Translations under genes and position numbers: made by a program
Notes under the pieces: model-generated
What the model was told of the DNA's origin: nothing
Databases searched by the model: none
The model's input: the letters and a program-made list of their open reading frames with translations, nothing else
Shown here: positions 1-15,000 of the stretch, piece after piece
Position numbering within the stretch: position 1 is the stretch's first letter
Layout: the number at the start of each line of letters is the position of its first letter
From: Eledone cirrhosa
Taxonomy: Eukaryota
NCBI GenBank assembly: GCA_964016885.1
Contig: OZ024744.1
Span: 42,656,001 to 42,720,000, forward strand
Length of the DNA: 64,000 nt
Direction of reading: 5' to 3'

Positions 1-3000
1 AGTTGGCAATGTAACTCTTTTAGTTACTCTGGCTACAACTGTGTTACTAGTTGGTAATGTAACTGTTTTAGTTACTCTGGATACAACTGTGTTACTAGTT
101 GGTAATGTAACCATGTTAGTAACTCTGTCTACAACTGTGTTACTAGTTGGTAATGTAACCATGTTAGTAACTCTGGCTACAACTGTGTTACTAGTTGGTA
201 ATGTAACCATGTTAGTAACTCTGTCTACAACCGTGTTACTAGTTGGTAATGTAACCATGTTAGTAACTCTGGCTACAACTGTGTTACTAGTTGGTAATGT
301 TACTGTTTTAGTTACTCTGGCTACAACTGTGTTACTAGTTGGTGAGGTAACTGTTTTAGTTACTCTGGCTACAACAGTGTTACTATTTGGTAATGTTACT
401 GTTTTAGTTACTCTGGCTACAACTGTGTTACTAGTTGGTAAGGTAACTGTTTTAGTTACTCTGGCTACAACTGTGTTACTATTTGGTAATGTTACGTTTT
501 AGTTACTCTGGCTACAACTGTGTTAATAGTTGGTAATGTAACTGTTTTAGTTACTCTGGATACAACTTTGTTACTAGTTGATAATGTAACTGTTTTAGTT
601 ACTCTGGATACAACTGTGTTACTAGTTGGTAATGTAACTATGTTAGTAACTCTGGCTACAACTGTGTTAATAGTTGGAAATGTAAGTGTTTTAGTTTCTC
701 TGGTGACAACTGTGTTACTAGTTGGTAATGTAATTGTTTTAGTTACTCTGGCTACAACTGTGTTACTAGTTGGTAATGTTACCGTTTTAGTTACTGTAGC
801 TACAATTGTGTTACTAGTTGGCAATGTAACTCTTTTAGTTACTCTGGCTACAACTGTGTTACTAGTTGGTAATGTAACTGTTTTAGTTACTCTGTCTACA
901 ACTGTGTTACTGTTTGGTAGTGTAACTGATTCAGTTACTCTGGATACAACTGTGTTACTAGTTGATAATGTAATTGTTTTAGTTACTCTGGATACAACTG
1001 TGTTACTAGTTGGTAATGTAACTATGTTAGTAAATCTGGCTACAACTGTGTTAATAGTTGGAAATGTAAGTGTTTTAGTTTCTCTGGTGACAACTGTGTT
1101 ACTAGTTGGTAATGTAACTGTTTTAGTTACTCTGGCTACAACTGTGTTACTAGTTGCTAATGTTACTGTTTTAGTTACTCTAGCTACAATTGTGTTACTA
1201 GTTGGTAATGTAACTCTTTTAGTTACTCTGGCTACAACTGTGTTACTAGTTGGTAATGTAATTGTTTTAGTTAATCTGACCACAAATGTGTTACTAGTTG
1301 GTAATGTTACTGTTTTAGTTACTCTGGCTACAACTGTGTTACTAGTTGGTAATGTAATTGTTTTAGTTAATCTGACCACAAATGTGTTACTAGTTGGTAA
1401 TGTTACTGTTTTAGTTACTCTGGATACAACTGTGTTACTAGTTGGTAATGTTACTGTTTTAGTTACTCTGGCTACAACTGTGTTACTAGTTGGTAATGTA
1501 ACTGTTTTAGTTACTCTGGCTACAACTGTGTTACTAGTTGGTAATGTAACCGTTTTAGTTAATCTGACCCCAACTGTGTTACTAGTTGGTAATGTTACTG
1601 TTTTAGTTAATCTGACCACAAATGTGTTACTAGTTGGTAATGTTACTGTTTTAGTTACTCTGGCTACAACTGTGTTACTAGTGGGTAATGTAATTGTTTT
1701 AGTTAATCTGACCACAAATGTGTTACTAGTTGGTAATGTTACTGTTTTAGTTACTATGGCTACAACTGTGTTACTAGTTGGTATTGTTACTGGTTTAGTT
1801 ACTCTGGCTACAACAGAGTTACTAGTTGGTAATGTAATTGTGTTAGTTAGTCTGGCTACAACTGTGTTACTAGTTGGTAATGTAATTGTTATAGTTACTC
1901 TGGCTACAACCGTTAATATTTGGTAATGTTACTGTTTTAGTTACTTTGGCTACAACTGTGTTACTAGTTGGTAATGTAACTGTTTTAGTTACTCAGGCTA
2001 CCACAGCATTACTAGTTGGTAATGTTACTGTTTTAGTTACTTTGGCTACAAGAGTGTTACTAGTTGGTAATGTTACTGTTTTAGTTACTCTGGCTACAAC
2101 TTTGTTACTAGTTGGTAATGTTACTGTTTTAGTTACCCTGGCTACAACTGTGTTGCTAGTTGGTAATATAACTATGTTAGTAACTCTGGCTACAACTGTT
2201 ACTATTTGGTAATGTTACTGTTTTAGCTACTCTGGCTAGAACTGTGTTACTACTTGGTAATGCTACTGTTTTAGTTACTCTGGCTGCAACTATATTACTA
2301 GTTGGTAATATTACTGTTTTAGTTACTCCTGCTACAACTGTGTTACTAGTTGGTAATTTTACTGTTTTGGTTACTCTGACTACAACTGTGTTACTAGTTG
2401 GTAATGTAACTGTTTTAGTTTCTCTGGCTACAACTGTGTTACTAGTTGGTAATGTTACTGTTTTAGTTGCTCTGGCTACAACTGTGTTAACAGTTGGTAA
2501 TGTAACTGTTTTAGTTACTTTGGCTGCAACTGTGTTACAAGTTGGTAATGTAACTGTTTTACTTAGTCTGGCTACAACTGTGTTACTAGTTGGTAATATT
2601 ATTGTATTAGTTACTCTGGCTACAACTGTGTTACTAGTTGGTAATGTAACTGTTTTAGTTACTCTGTCTACAACTGTGTTACTGTTTGGTAGTGTAACTG
2701 ATTTAGTTACTCTGGATACAACTGTGTTACTAGTTGATAATGTAATTGTTTTAGTTACTCTGGATACAACTGTGTTACTAGTTGGTAATGTAACTATGTT
2801 AGTAACTCTGGCTACAACTGTGTTAATAGTTGGAAATGTAAGTGTTTTAGTTTCTCTGGTGACAACTGTGTTACTAGTTGGTAATGTAAGTGTTTTAGTT
2901 ACTCTGGCTACAACTGTGTTACTAGTTGGTATTGTTACTGTTTTAGTTACTCTAGCTACAATTGTGTTACTAGTTGGTAATGTAACTCTTTTAGTTACTC

Positions 3001-6000
3001 TGGCTACAACTGTGTTACTAGTTGGTAATGTAATTGTTTTAGTTAATCTGACCACAAATGTGTTACTAGTTGGTAATGTTACTGTTTTAGTTACTCTGGC
3101 TACAACTGTGTTACTAGTTGGTAATGTAATTGTTTTAGTTAATCTGACCACAAATGTGTTACTAGTTGGTAATGTTACTGTTTTAGTTACTCTGGATACA
3201 ACTGTGTTACTAGTTGGTAATGTTACTGTTTTAGTTACTCTGGCTACAACTGTGGTACTAGTTGGTAATGTAACTGTTTTAGTTACTCTGGCTACAACTG
3301 TGTTACTAGTTGGTAATGTAACCATTTTAGTTAATCTGACCCCAACTGTGTTACTAGTTGGTAATGTTACTGTTTTAGTTAATCTGACCACAAATGTGTT
3401 ACTAGTTGGTAATGTTACTGTTTTAGTTACTCTGGCTACAACTGTGTTACTAGTGGGTAATGTAATTGTTTTAGTTAATCTGACCACAAATGTGTTACTA
3501 GTTGGTAATGTTACTGTTTTAGTTACTATGGCTACAACTGTGTTACTAGTTGGTATTGTTACTGGTTTAGTTACTCTGGCTACAACAGAGTTACTAGTTG
3601 GTAATGTAATTGTGTTAGTTAGTCTGGCTACAACTGTGTTACTAGTTGGTAATGTAATTGTTGTAGTTACTCTGGCTACAACCGTTAATATTTGGTAATG
3701 TTACTGTTTTAGTTACTTTGGCTACAACTGTGTTACTAGTTGGTAATGTAACTGTTTTAGTTACTCAGGCTACCACAGCATTACTAGTTGGTAATGTTAC
3801 TGTTTTAGTTACTTTGGCTACAAGAGTGTTACTAGTTGGTAATGTTACTGTTTTAGTTACTCTGGCTACAACTTTGTTACTAGTTGGTAATGTTACTGTT
3901 TTAGTTACTCTGGCTACAACTGTGTTGCTAGTTGGTAATATAACTATGTTAGTAACTCTGGCTACAACTGTTACTATTTGGTAATGTTACTGTTTTAGCT
4001 ACTCTGGCTAGAACTGTGTTACTACTTGGTAATGCTACTGTTTTAGTTACTCTGGCTGCAACTATATTACTAGTTGGTAATATTACTGTTTTAGTTACTC
4101 TTGCTACAACTGTGTTACTAGTTGGTAATTTTACTGTTTTGGTTACTCTGACTACAACTGTGTTACTAGTTGGTAATGTAACTGTTTTAGTTTCTCTGGC
4201 TACAACTGTGTTACTAGTTGGTAATGTTACTGTTTTAGTTGCTCTGGCTACAACTGTGTTAACAGTTGGTAATGTAACTGTTTTAGTTACTTTGGCTGCA
4301 ACTGTGTTACAAGTTGGTAATGTAACTGTTTTACTTAGTCTGGCTACAACTGTGTTACTAGTTGGTAATATTATTGTATTAGTTACTCTGGCTACAACTG
4401 TGTTACTAGTTGGTAATGTAACTGTTTTAGTTACTCTGGCTACAACTGTGTTACTAGTTGGTAATGTAACCGTTTTAGTTAATCTGACCACAACTGTGTT
4501 ACTAGTTGGTAATGTTACTCTTTTAGTTAATCTGACCACAAATGTGTTACTAGTTGGTAATGTTACTGTTTTAGTTACTCTGGCTACAACTGTGTTACTA
4601 GTTGATAATGTAATTGTTTTAGTTGATCTGACCACAAATGTGTTACTAGTTGGTAATGTTACTGTTTTAGTTACTCTGGCTACAACTGTGTTACTAGTTG
4701 GTAATGTAACTGTTTTAGTTACTCTGGATACAACTGTGTTACTAGTTGGTAATGTAACTGTTTTAGTTACTCTGGATACAACTGTGTTACTAGTTGGTAA
4801 TGTAACCATGTTAGTAACTCTGTCTACAACTGTGTTACTAGTTGGTAATGTAACCATGTTAGTAACTCTGGCTACAACTGTGTTACTAGTTGGTAATGTA
4901 ACCATGTTAGTAACTCTGGCTACAACTGTGTTACTAGTTGGTAATGTTACTGTTTTAGTTACTCTGGCTACAACTGTGTTACTAGTTGGTAAGGTAACTG
5001 TTTTAGTTACTCTGGCTACAACTGTGTTACTAGTTGGTAATGTAACTGTTTTAGTTACTCTGTCTACAACTGTGTTACTGTTTGGTAGTGTAACTGATTT
5101 AGTTACTCTGGATACAACTGTGTTACTAGTTGATAATGTAATTGTTTTAGTTACTCTGGATACAACTGTGTTACTAGTTGGTAATGTAACTATGTTAGTA
5201 ACTCTGGCTACAACTGTGATAATAGTTGGAAATGTAAGTGTTTTAGTTTCTCTGGTGACAACTGTGTTACTAGTTGGTAATGTAACTGTTTTAGTTACTC
5301 TGGCTACAACTGTGTTACTAGTTGGTAATGTTACTGTTTTAGTTACTCTAGCTACAATTGTGTTACTAGTTGGTAATGTAACTCTTTTAGTTACTCTGGC
5401 TACAACTGTGTTACTAGTTGGTAATGTAATTGTTTTAGTTAATCTGACCACAAATGTGTTACTAGTTGGTAATGTTACTGTTTTAGTTACTCTGGCTACA
5501 ACTGTGTTACTAGTTGGTAATGTAATTGTTTTAGTTAATCTGACCACAAATGTGTTACTAGTTGGTAATGTTACTGTTTTAGTTACTCTGGATACAACTG
5601 TGTTACTAGTTGGTAATGTTACTGTTTTAGTTACTCTGGCTACAACTGTGTTACTAGTTGGTAATGTAACTGTTTTAGTTACTCTGGCTACAACTGTGTT
5701 ACTAGTTGGTAATGTAACCGTTTTAGTTAATCTGACCCCAACTGTGTTACTAGTTGGTAATGTTACTGTTTTAGTTAATCTGACCACAAATGTGTTACTA
5801 GTTGGTAATGTTACTGTTTTAGTTACTCTGGCTACAACTGTGTTACTAGTGGGTAATGTAATTGTTTTAGTTAATCTGACCACAAATGTGTTACTAGTTG
5901 GTAATGTTACATTTTTAGTTACTATGGCTACAACTGTGTTACTAGTTGGTATTGTTACTGGTTTAGTTACTCTGGCTACAACAGAGTTACTAGTTGGTAA

Positions 6001-9000
6001 TGTAATTGTGTTAGTTAGTCTGGCTACAACTGTGTTACTAGTTGGTAATGTAATTGTTATAGTTACTCTGGCTACAACTGTGTTACTAGTTGGTAATGTT
6101 ACTGTTTTAGTTACTCTAGCTACAATTGTGTTACTAGTTGGTAATGTAACTCTTTTAGTTACTCTGGCTACAACTGTGTTACTAGTTGGTAATGTAACTG
6201 TTTTAGTTACTCTGGATACAACTGTGTTACTAGTTGGTAATGTAACTGTTTTAGTTACTCTGGATACAACTGTGTTACTAGTTGGTAATGTAACCATGTT
6301 AGTAACTCTGTCTACAACTGTGTTACTAGTTGGTAATGTAACCATGTTAGTAACTCTGGCTACAACTGTGTTACTAGTTGGTAATGTAACCATGTTAGTA
6401 ACTCTGGCTACAACTGTGTTACTAGTTGGTAATGTTACTGTTTTAGTTACTCTGGCTACAACTGTGTTACTAGTTGGTGAGGTAACTGTTTTAGTGACTC
6501 TGGCTACAACAGTGTTACTATTTGGTAATGTAACTGTTTTAGTTACTCTGGCTACAACTGTGTTACTAGATGGTAATGTAATTCTTTTAGCTACTCAGTC
6601 TACAACTGTGTTACGAGTTGTTAATGTAACTCTTTTAGTTACTCTGGCTACAGCTGTGTTACTAAATGGTAAGGTAACTGTTTTAGTTACTGTGGCTACA
6701 GCTGTGTTACTAGTTGATAATGTAACTGTTTTAATTACTCTGGCTACAATTGTGTTACTAGTTGGTAATGTTACTGTTTTGGTTAATCTGGCTACAACTG
6801 TGTTAATAATTGGTAATGTTACTGTTTTAGTTACTCTGGCTACAACTGTGTTACTATTTGGTAATGTTACTGTTTTAGTTACTCTGGCTACAACTGTGTT
6901 ACTAGTTGGTAATGTAACTGTTTTAGTTACTCTGGATACAACTGTGTTACTAGTTGATAATGTAACTGTTTTAGTTACTCTGGATACAACTGTGTTACTA
7001 GTTGGTAATGTAACTATGTTAGTAACTCTGGCTACAACTGTGTTAATAGTTGGAAATGTAAGTGTTTTAGTTTCTCTGGTGACAACTGTGTTACTAGTTG
7101 GTAATGTAACTGTTTTAGTTACTCTGGCTACAACTGTGTTACTAGTTGGTAATGTTACTGTTTTAGTTACTCTAGCTACAATTGTGTTACTAGTTGGTAA
7201 TGTAACTCTTTTAGTTACTCTGGCTACAACTGTGTTACTAGTTGGTAATGTAACTGTTTTAGTTACTCTGTCTACAACTGTGTTACTGTTTGGTAATGTA
7301 ACTTATTTAGTTACTCTGGATACAACTGTGTTACTAGTTGGCAATGTAATTGTTTTAGTTAATCTGGCTACAACTGTGGTACTAGTTGGTAATGTAAATG
7401 TTTTAGTTAATCCGACAACAAATGTGTTACTAGTTGGTAATGTAACTGTTTTAGTTACTCTGGCTACAACTGTGTTACTAGTTGGTAATGTAACCGTTTT
7501 AGTTAATCTGACCCCAACTGTGTTACTAGTTGGTAATGTTACTGTTTTAGTTAATCTGACCACAAATGTGTTACTAGTTGGTAATGTTACTGTTTTAGTT
7601 ACTCTGGCTACAACTGTGTTACTAGTTGGTAATGTAATTGTTTTAGTTAATCTGACCACAAATGTGTTACTAGTTGGTAATGTTACTGTTTTAGTTACTC
7701 TGGCTACAACTGTGTTACTAGTTGGTAATGTTACTGTTTTAGTTACTCTGGCTACAACTGTGTTACTAGTTGGTAATGTAACTGTTTTAGTTACTCTGGC
7801 TACAACTGTGTTACTAGTTGGTAATGTAACCGTTTTAGTTAATCTGACCACAACTGTGTTACTAGTTGGTAATGTTACTGTTTTAGTTAATCTGACCACA
7901 AATGTGTTACTAGTTGGTAATGTTACTGTTTTAGTTACTCTGGCTACAACTGTGTTACTAGTTGATAATGTAATTGTTTTAGTTAATCTGACCACAAATG
8001 TGTTACTAGTTGGTAATGTTACTGTTTTAGTTACTCTGGCTACAACTGTGTTACTAGTTGGTAATGTTACTGTTTTAGTTACTCTGGCTACAACTGTGTT
8101 ACTAGTTGGTAATGTAACTGTTTTAGTTACTCTGGATACAACTGTGTTACTAGTTGGTAATGTAACTGTTTTAGTTACTCTGGATACAACTGTGTTACTA
8201 GTTGGTAATGTAACCATGTTAGTAACTCTGTCTACAACTGTGTTACTAGTTGGTAATGTAACCATGTTAGTAACTCTGGCTACAACTGTGTTACTAGTTG
8301 GTAATGTAACTGTTTTACTTACTCTGTCTACAACTGTGTTACTAGTTGGTAATGTAACTCTGTTAGTAACTCTGGCTACAACTGTGTTACTAGTTTGTAA
8401 TGTAACTGTTTTACTTTCTCTGTCTACAACTGTGTTACTAGTTGGTAATGTAACTGTTTTAGTTACTCTGGCTACAACTGTGTTACTAGTTGGTAATGTT
8501 ACTTTTTTAGTTACTATGGCTACAACTGTGTTACTAGTTGGTAATGTTACTGTTTTAGTTAATCTGACCACAACTGTGTTTCTAGTTGGTAATGTAACTG
8601 TTTTAGTTACTCTGGCTACAACTGTGTTACTAGTTGGTAATGTTACTGTTTTAGTTACTCTGGCTACATCTTTGTTACTAGTTGGTAATATTACTGTTTT
8701 AGTTACTCTTGCTACAACTGTGTTACTAGTTGGTAATGTTTCTCTTTTAGTTACTGTGGCTACAACTGTGTTACTAGCAGGTAATGTAACTGTTTTAGTT
8801 ACTCTTGCTACAACTGTGTTACTAGTTGGTAAAGTTACTGTTTTAGTTACTCTGGCTACAACTGTGTTACTAGTTGGTAATATTACTGTTTTAGTTAATC
8901 TGACCACAACTGTGTTACTAGTTGGCAATGTTACTGTTTTAGTTAATCTGACCACAACTGTGTTTCTAGTTGGTAATGTAACTGTTTTAGTTACTCTGGC

Positions 9001-12000
9001 TACAACTGTGTTACTAGTTGGTAATGTTACTGTTTTAGTTACTCTGGTTACATCTTTGTTACTAGTTGGTAATATTACTGTTTTAGTTACTCTTGCTACA
9101 ACTGTGTTACTAGTTGGTAATGTTTCTCTTTTAGTTACTGTGGCTACAACTGTGTTACTAGCAGGTAATGTAACTGTTTTAATTACTCTGGCTACAACTG
9201 TGTTACTAGTTGGTAATGTTACTGTTTTAGTTACTCTGGCTACAACTGTGTTACTAGTTGGTAATTTTATTGTTTTAGTTTCTCTGGCTACAACTGTGTT
9301 ACTAATTGGTAATGTAATTGTTTTAGTTAGTCTGGCTACAACTGTGTTAATATTTGGCAATGTAATTGTTTTAGTTACTCTAGTTACAACTGTGTTACTA
9401 GTTGATAATGTGACTGTTTTAGTTACTCTGGCTACTACTGTATTACAAGTTGGTAATGTAACTCTTTTAGTAGCTCTGGCTACAACTGTGTTACTATTTG
9501 GTAATGTAACTGTTTTAGTTACTCTGGCTACAACTGTGTTACTAGTTGGTAATGTAATTGTTTAGGTTACTCTGGCTACAACTGTGTTACTAGTTGGTAA
9601 TGTAACTGTTTTAGTTTCTCTGGCTACAATTGTGTTACTAGTTTGTAATGTAACTGTTTTACTTTCTCTGTCTACAACTGTGTTACTAGTTGGTAATGTA
9701 ACTGTTTTACTTACTCTGGCTACAACTGTTTTACTAGTTGGTAATGTTACTGTTTTAGTTACTATGGCTACAACTGTGTTACTAGTTGGTAATGTAACTA
9801 TGTTAGTTATTCTGGCTACAACTGTGTTACTAGTTGGTAAAGTTACTGTTTTAGTTACTCTGGCTACAACTGTGTAACTAGTTGGTAATATTACTGTTTT
9901 AGTTAATCTGACCACAACTGTGTTACTAGTTGGCAATGTCACTGTTTTAGTTAATCTGACCACAACTGTGTTTCTAGTTGGTAATGTAACTGTTTTAGTT
10001 ACTCTGGCTACAACTGTGTTACTAGTTGGTAATGTTACTGTTTTAGTTACTCTGGTTACATCTTTGTTACTAGTTGGTAATATTACTGTTTTGTGTTACT
10101 CTTGCTACAACTGTGTTACTAGTTGGTAATGTTACTGTTTTGGTTACTCTGACTACAACTGTGTTACTAGTTGGTAATGTAACTGTTTTAGTTAGTCTGG
10201 CTACAACTGTGTTACTAGTTGGTAATGTTACTGTTTTGGTTACTCTGGCTACAACTGTGTTACTAGTTGGTAATGTTACTGTTTCAGTTACTCTGACTAC
10301 AACTGTGTTACTAGTTGGTAATGTAACTGTTTTAGTTTGTCTGGCTACAACTGTGTTACTAGTTGGTAATGTTACTGTTTTAGTTTCTCTGGCTTCAACT
10401 GTGTTACTAGTTGGTAATGTAACTGTTTTAGTTAGTCTGGCTACAACTCTGTTACTAGTTGGTAATGCAACTGTTTTAGTTTCTCTGGCTACAACTGTGT
10501 TACTAGTAGGTAATGTAACTGTTTCAGTTACTCTGGCTACAACTGTGTTACTTGTTGGTAATGTTACTGTTTTAGTTACTCTGGCTACAACTGTGTTACT
10601 AGTTGGTAATTTAATTGTTTAGTTTCTCTGGCTACAACTGTGTTACTAGTTGGTAACGTAACTGTTTTAGTTACTCTGGCTACAACTGTGTTACTAGTTG
10701 GTAATGTAATTGTTTTAGTTACTCTAGTTATAACTGTGTTACTAGTTGATAATGTGACTGTTTTAGTTACTCTGGCTACAACTGTGTTACAAGTTGGTAA
10801 TGTAACTCTTTTAGTAGCTCTGGCTACAACTGTGTTACTATTTGGTAATGTAACTGTTTTAGTTACTCTGGCTACAACTGTGTTACTAGTTGGTAATGTT
10901 ATTGTTTAGGTTACTCTGGCTACAACTGTGTTACTAGTTGGTAATGTAACTGTTTTAGTTTCTCTGGCTACAATTGTGTTACTAGTTTGTAATGTAACTG
11001 TTTTACTTTCTCTGTCTACAACTGTGTTACTAGTTGGTAATGTAACTGTTTTACTTACTCTGGCTACAACTGTTTTACTAGTTGGTAATGTTACTGTTTT
11101 AGTTACTATGGCTACAACTGTGTTACTAGTTGGTAATGTAACTATGTTAGTTATTCTGGCTACAACTGTGTTACTAGTTGGTAAAGTTACTGTTTTAGTT
11201 ACTCTGGCTACAACTGTGTAACTAGTTGGTAATATTACTGTTTTAGTTAATCTGACCACAACTGTGTTACTAGTTGGCAATGTCACTGTTTTAGTTAATC
11301 TGACCACAACTGTGTTTCTAGTTGGTAATGTAACTGTTTTAGTTACTCTGGCTACAACTGTGTTACTAGTTGGTAATGTTACTGTTTTAGTTACTCTGGT
11401 TACATCTTTGTTACTAGTTGGTAATATTACTGTTTTGTGTTACTCTTGCTACAACTGTGTTACTAGTTGGTAATGTTACTGTTTTGGTTACTCTGACTAC
11501 AACTGTGTTACTAGTTGGTAATGTAACTGTTTTAGTTAGTCTGGCTACAACTGTGTTACTAGTTGGTAATGTTACTGTTTTGGTTACTCTGGCTACAACT
11601 GTGTTACTAGTTGGTAATGTTACTGTTTCAGTTACTCTGACTACAACTGTGTTACTAGTTGGTAATGTAACTGTTTTAGTTTGTCTGGCTACAACTGTGT
11701 TACTAGTTGGTAATGTTACTGTTTTAGTTTCTCTGGCTTCAACTGTGTTACTAGTTGGTAATGTAACTGTTTTAGTTAGTCTGGCTACAACTCTGTTACT
11801 AGTTGGTAATGCAACTGTTTTAGTTTCTCTGGCTACAACTGTGTTACTAGTAGGTAATGTAACTGTTTCAGTTACTCTGGCTACAACTGTGTTACTTGTT
11901 GGTAATGTTACTGTTTTAGTTACTCTGGCTACAACTGTGTTACTAGTTGGTAATTTAATTGTTTAGTTTCTCTGGCTACAACTGTGTTACTAGTTGGTAA

Positions 12001-15000
12001 CGTAACTGTTTTAGTTACTCTGGCTACAACTGTGTTACTAGTTGGTAATGTAATTGTTTTAGTTACTCTAGTTATAACTGTGTTACTAGTTGATAATGTG
12101 ACTGTTTTAGTTACTCTGGCTACAACTGTGTTACAAGTTGGTAATGTAACTCTTTTAGTAGCTCTGGCTACAACTGTGTTACTAGTTGGTAATGTAATTG
12201 TTTAGGTTACTCTGGCTACAACTGTGTTACTAGTTGGTAATGTAACTGTTTTAGTTTCTCTGGCTACAACTGTGTTACTAGTTGGTAATATTACTGTTTT
12301 AGTTAATCTGACCACAACTGTGTTACTAGTTGGCAATGTTACTGTTTTATTTAATCTGACCACAACTGAGTTACTAGTTGGTAACGTAACTGTTTTAGTT
12401 ACTCTAGCTACAACTGTGTTACTAGTTGGTAATTTTATTGTTTTAGTTTCTCTGGCTACAACTGTGTTACTAATTGGTAATGTAATTGTTTTAGTTAGTC
12501 TGGCTACAACTGTGTTAATATTTGGCAATGTAATTGTTTTAGTTACTCTAGTTACAACTGTGTTACTAGTTGATAATGTGACTGTTTTAGTTACTCTGGC
12601 TACTACTGTATTACAAGTTGGTAATGTAACTCTTTTAGTAGCTCTGGCTACAACTGTGTTACTATTTGGTAATGTAACTGTTTTAGTTACTCTGGCTACA
12701 ACTGTGTTACTAGTTGGTAATGTAATTGTTTAGGTTACTCTGGCTACAACTGTGTTACTAGTTGGTAATGTAACTGTTTTAGTTTCTCTGGCTACAATTG
12801 TGTTACTAGTTTGTAATGTAACTGTTTTACTTTCTCTGTCTACAACTGTGTTACTAGTTGGTAATGTAACTGTTTTACTTACTCTGGCTACAACTGTTTT
12901 ACTAGTTGGTAATGTTACTGTTTTAGTTACTATGGCTACAACTGTGTTACTAGTTGGTAATGTAACTATGTTAGTTATTCTGGCTACAACTGTGTTACTA
13001 GTTGGTAAAGTTACTGTTTTAGTTACTCTGGCTACAACTGTGTAACTAGTTGGTAATATTACTGTTTTAGTTAATCTGACCACAACTGTGTTACTAGTTG
13101 GCAATGTCACTGTTTTAGTTAATCTGACCACAACTGTGTTTCTAGTTGGTAATGTAACTGTTTTAGTTACTCTGGCTACAACTGTGTTACTAGTTGGTAA
13201 TGTTACTGTTTTAGTTACTCTGGTTACATCTTTGTTACTAGTTGGTAATATTACTGTTTTGTGTTACTCTTGCTACAACTGTGTTACTAGTTGGTAATGT
13301 TACTGTTTTGGTTACTCTGACTACAACTGTGTTACTAGTTGGTAATGTAACTGTTTTAGTTAGTCTGGCTACAACTGTGTTACTAGTTGGTAATGTTACT
13401 GTTTTGGTTACTCTGGCTACAACTGTGTTACTAGTTGGTAATGTTACTGTTTCAGTTACTCTGACTACAACTGTGTTACTAGTTGGTAATGTAACTGTTT
13501 TAGTTTGTCTGGCTACAACTGTGTTACTAGTTGGTAATGTTACTGTTTTAGTTTCTCTGGCTTCAACTGTGTTACTAGTTGGTAATGTAACTGTTTTAGT
13601 TAGTCTGGCTACAACTCTGTTACTAGTTGGTAATGCAACTGTTTTAGTTTCTCTGGCTACAACTGTGTTACTAGTAGGTAATGTAACTGTTTCAGTTACT
13701 CTGGCTACAACTGTGTTACTTGTTGGTAATGTTACTGTTTTAGTTACTCTGGCTACAACTGTGTTACTAGTTGGTAATTTAATTGTTTAGTTTCTCTGGC
13801 TACAACTGTGTTACTAGTTGGTAACGTAACTGTTTTAGTTACTCTGGCTACAACTGTGTTACTAGTTGGTAATGTAATTGTTTTAGTTACTCTAGTTATA
13901 ACTGTGTTACTAGTTGATAATGTGACTGTTTTAGTTACTCTGGCTACAACTGTGTTACAAGTTGGTAATGTAACTCTTTTAGTAGCTCTGGCTACAACTG
14001 TGTTACTAGTTGGTAATGTAATTGTTTAGGTTACTCTGGCTACAACTGTGTTACTAGTTGGTAATGTAACTGTTTTAGTTTCTCTGGCTACAACTGTGTT
14101 ACTAGTTGGTAATATTACTGTTTTAGTTAATCTGACCACAACTGTGTTACTAGTTGGCAATGTTACTGTTTTATTTAATCTGACCACAACTGAGTTACTA
14201 GTTGGTAATGTAACTGTTTTAGTTACTCTAGCTACAACTGTGTTACTAGTTGGTAATGTAACTGTTTTAGTTACTATGGCTACAACTGTGTTACTAGTTG
14301 GTAATGTTACTCTTTTAGTTACTGTGGCTACAACTGTGTTACTAGCAGGTAATGTAACTGTTTTAATTACTCTGGCTACAACTGTGTTACTAGTTGGTAA
14401 TGTTACTGTTTTAGTTACTCTGACTACAACTGTGTTACTAGTTGGTAATGTAACTGTTTCAGTTACTCTAACTACAACTGTGTTACTAGTTGGTAATGTA
14501 ACTGTTTTACTTAGTCTGGCTACAACTGTGTTACTAGTTGGTAATGTTACTGTTTTAGTTTCTCTGGCTTCAACTGTGTTACTAGTTGGTAATGTAACTG
14601 TTTTAGTTAGTCTGGCTACAACTCTGTTACTAGTTGGTAATGCAACTGTTTTAGTTTCTCTGGCTACAACTGTGTTACTAGTAGGTAATGTAACTGTTTC
14701 AGTTACTCTGGCTACAACTGTGTTACTTGTTGGTAATGTTACTGTTTTAGTTACTCTGGCTACAACTGTGTTACTAGTTGGTAATTTAATTGTTTTAGTT
14801 TCTCTGGCTACAACTGTGTTACTAGTTGGTAACGTAACTGTTTTAGTTACTCTGGCTACAACTGTGTTACTAGTTGGTAATGTAATTGTTTTAGTTACTC
14901 TAGTTATAACTGTGTTACTAGTTGATAATGTGACTGTTTTAGTTACTCTGGCTACAACTGTGTTACAAGTTGGTAATGTAACTCTTTTAGTAGCTCTGGC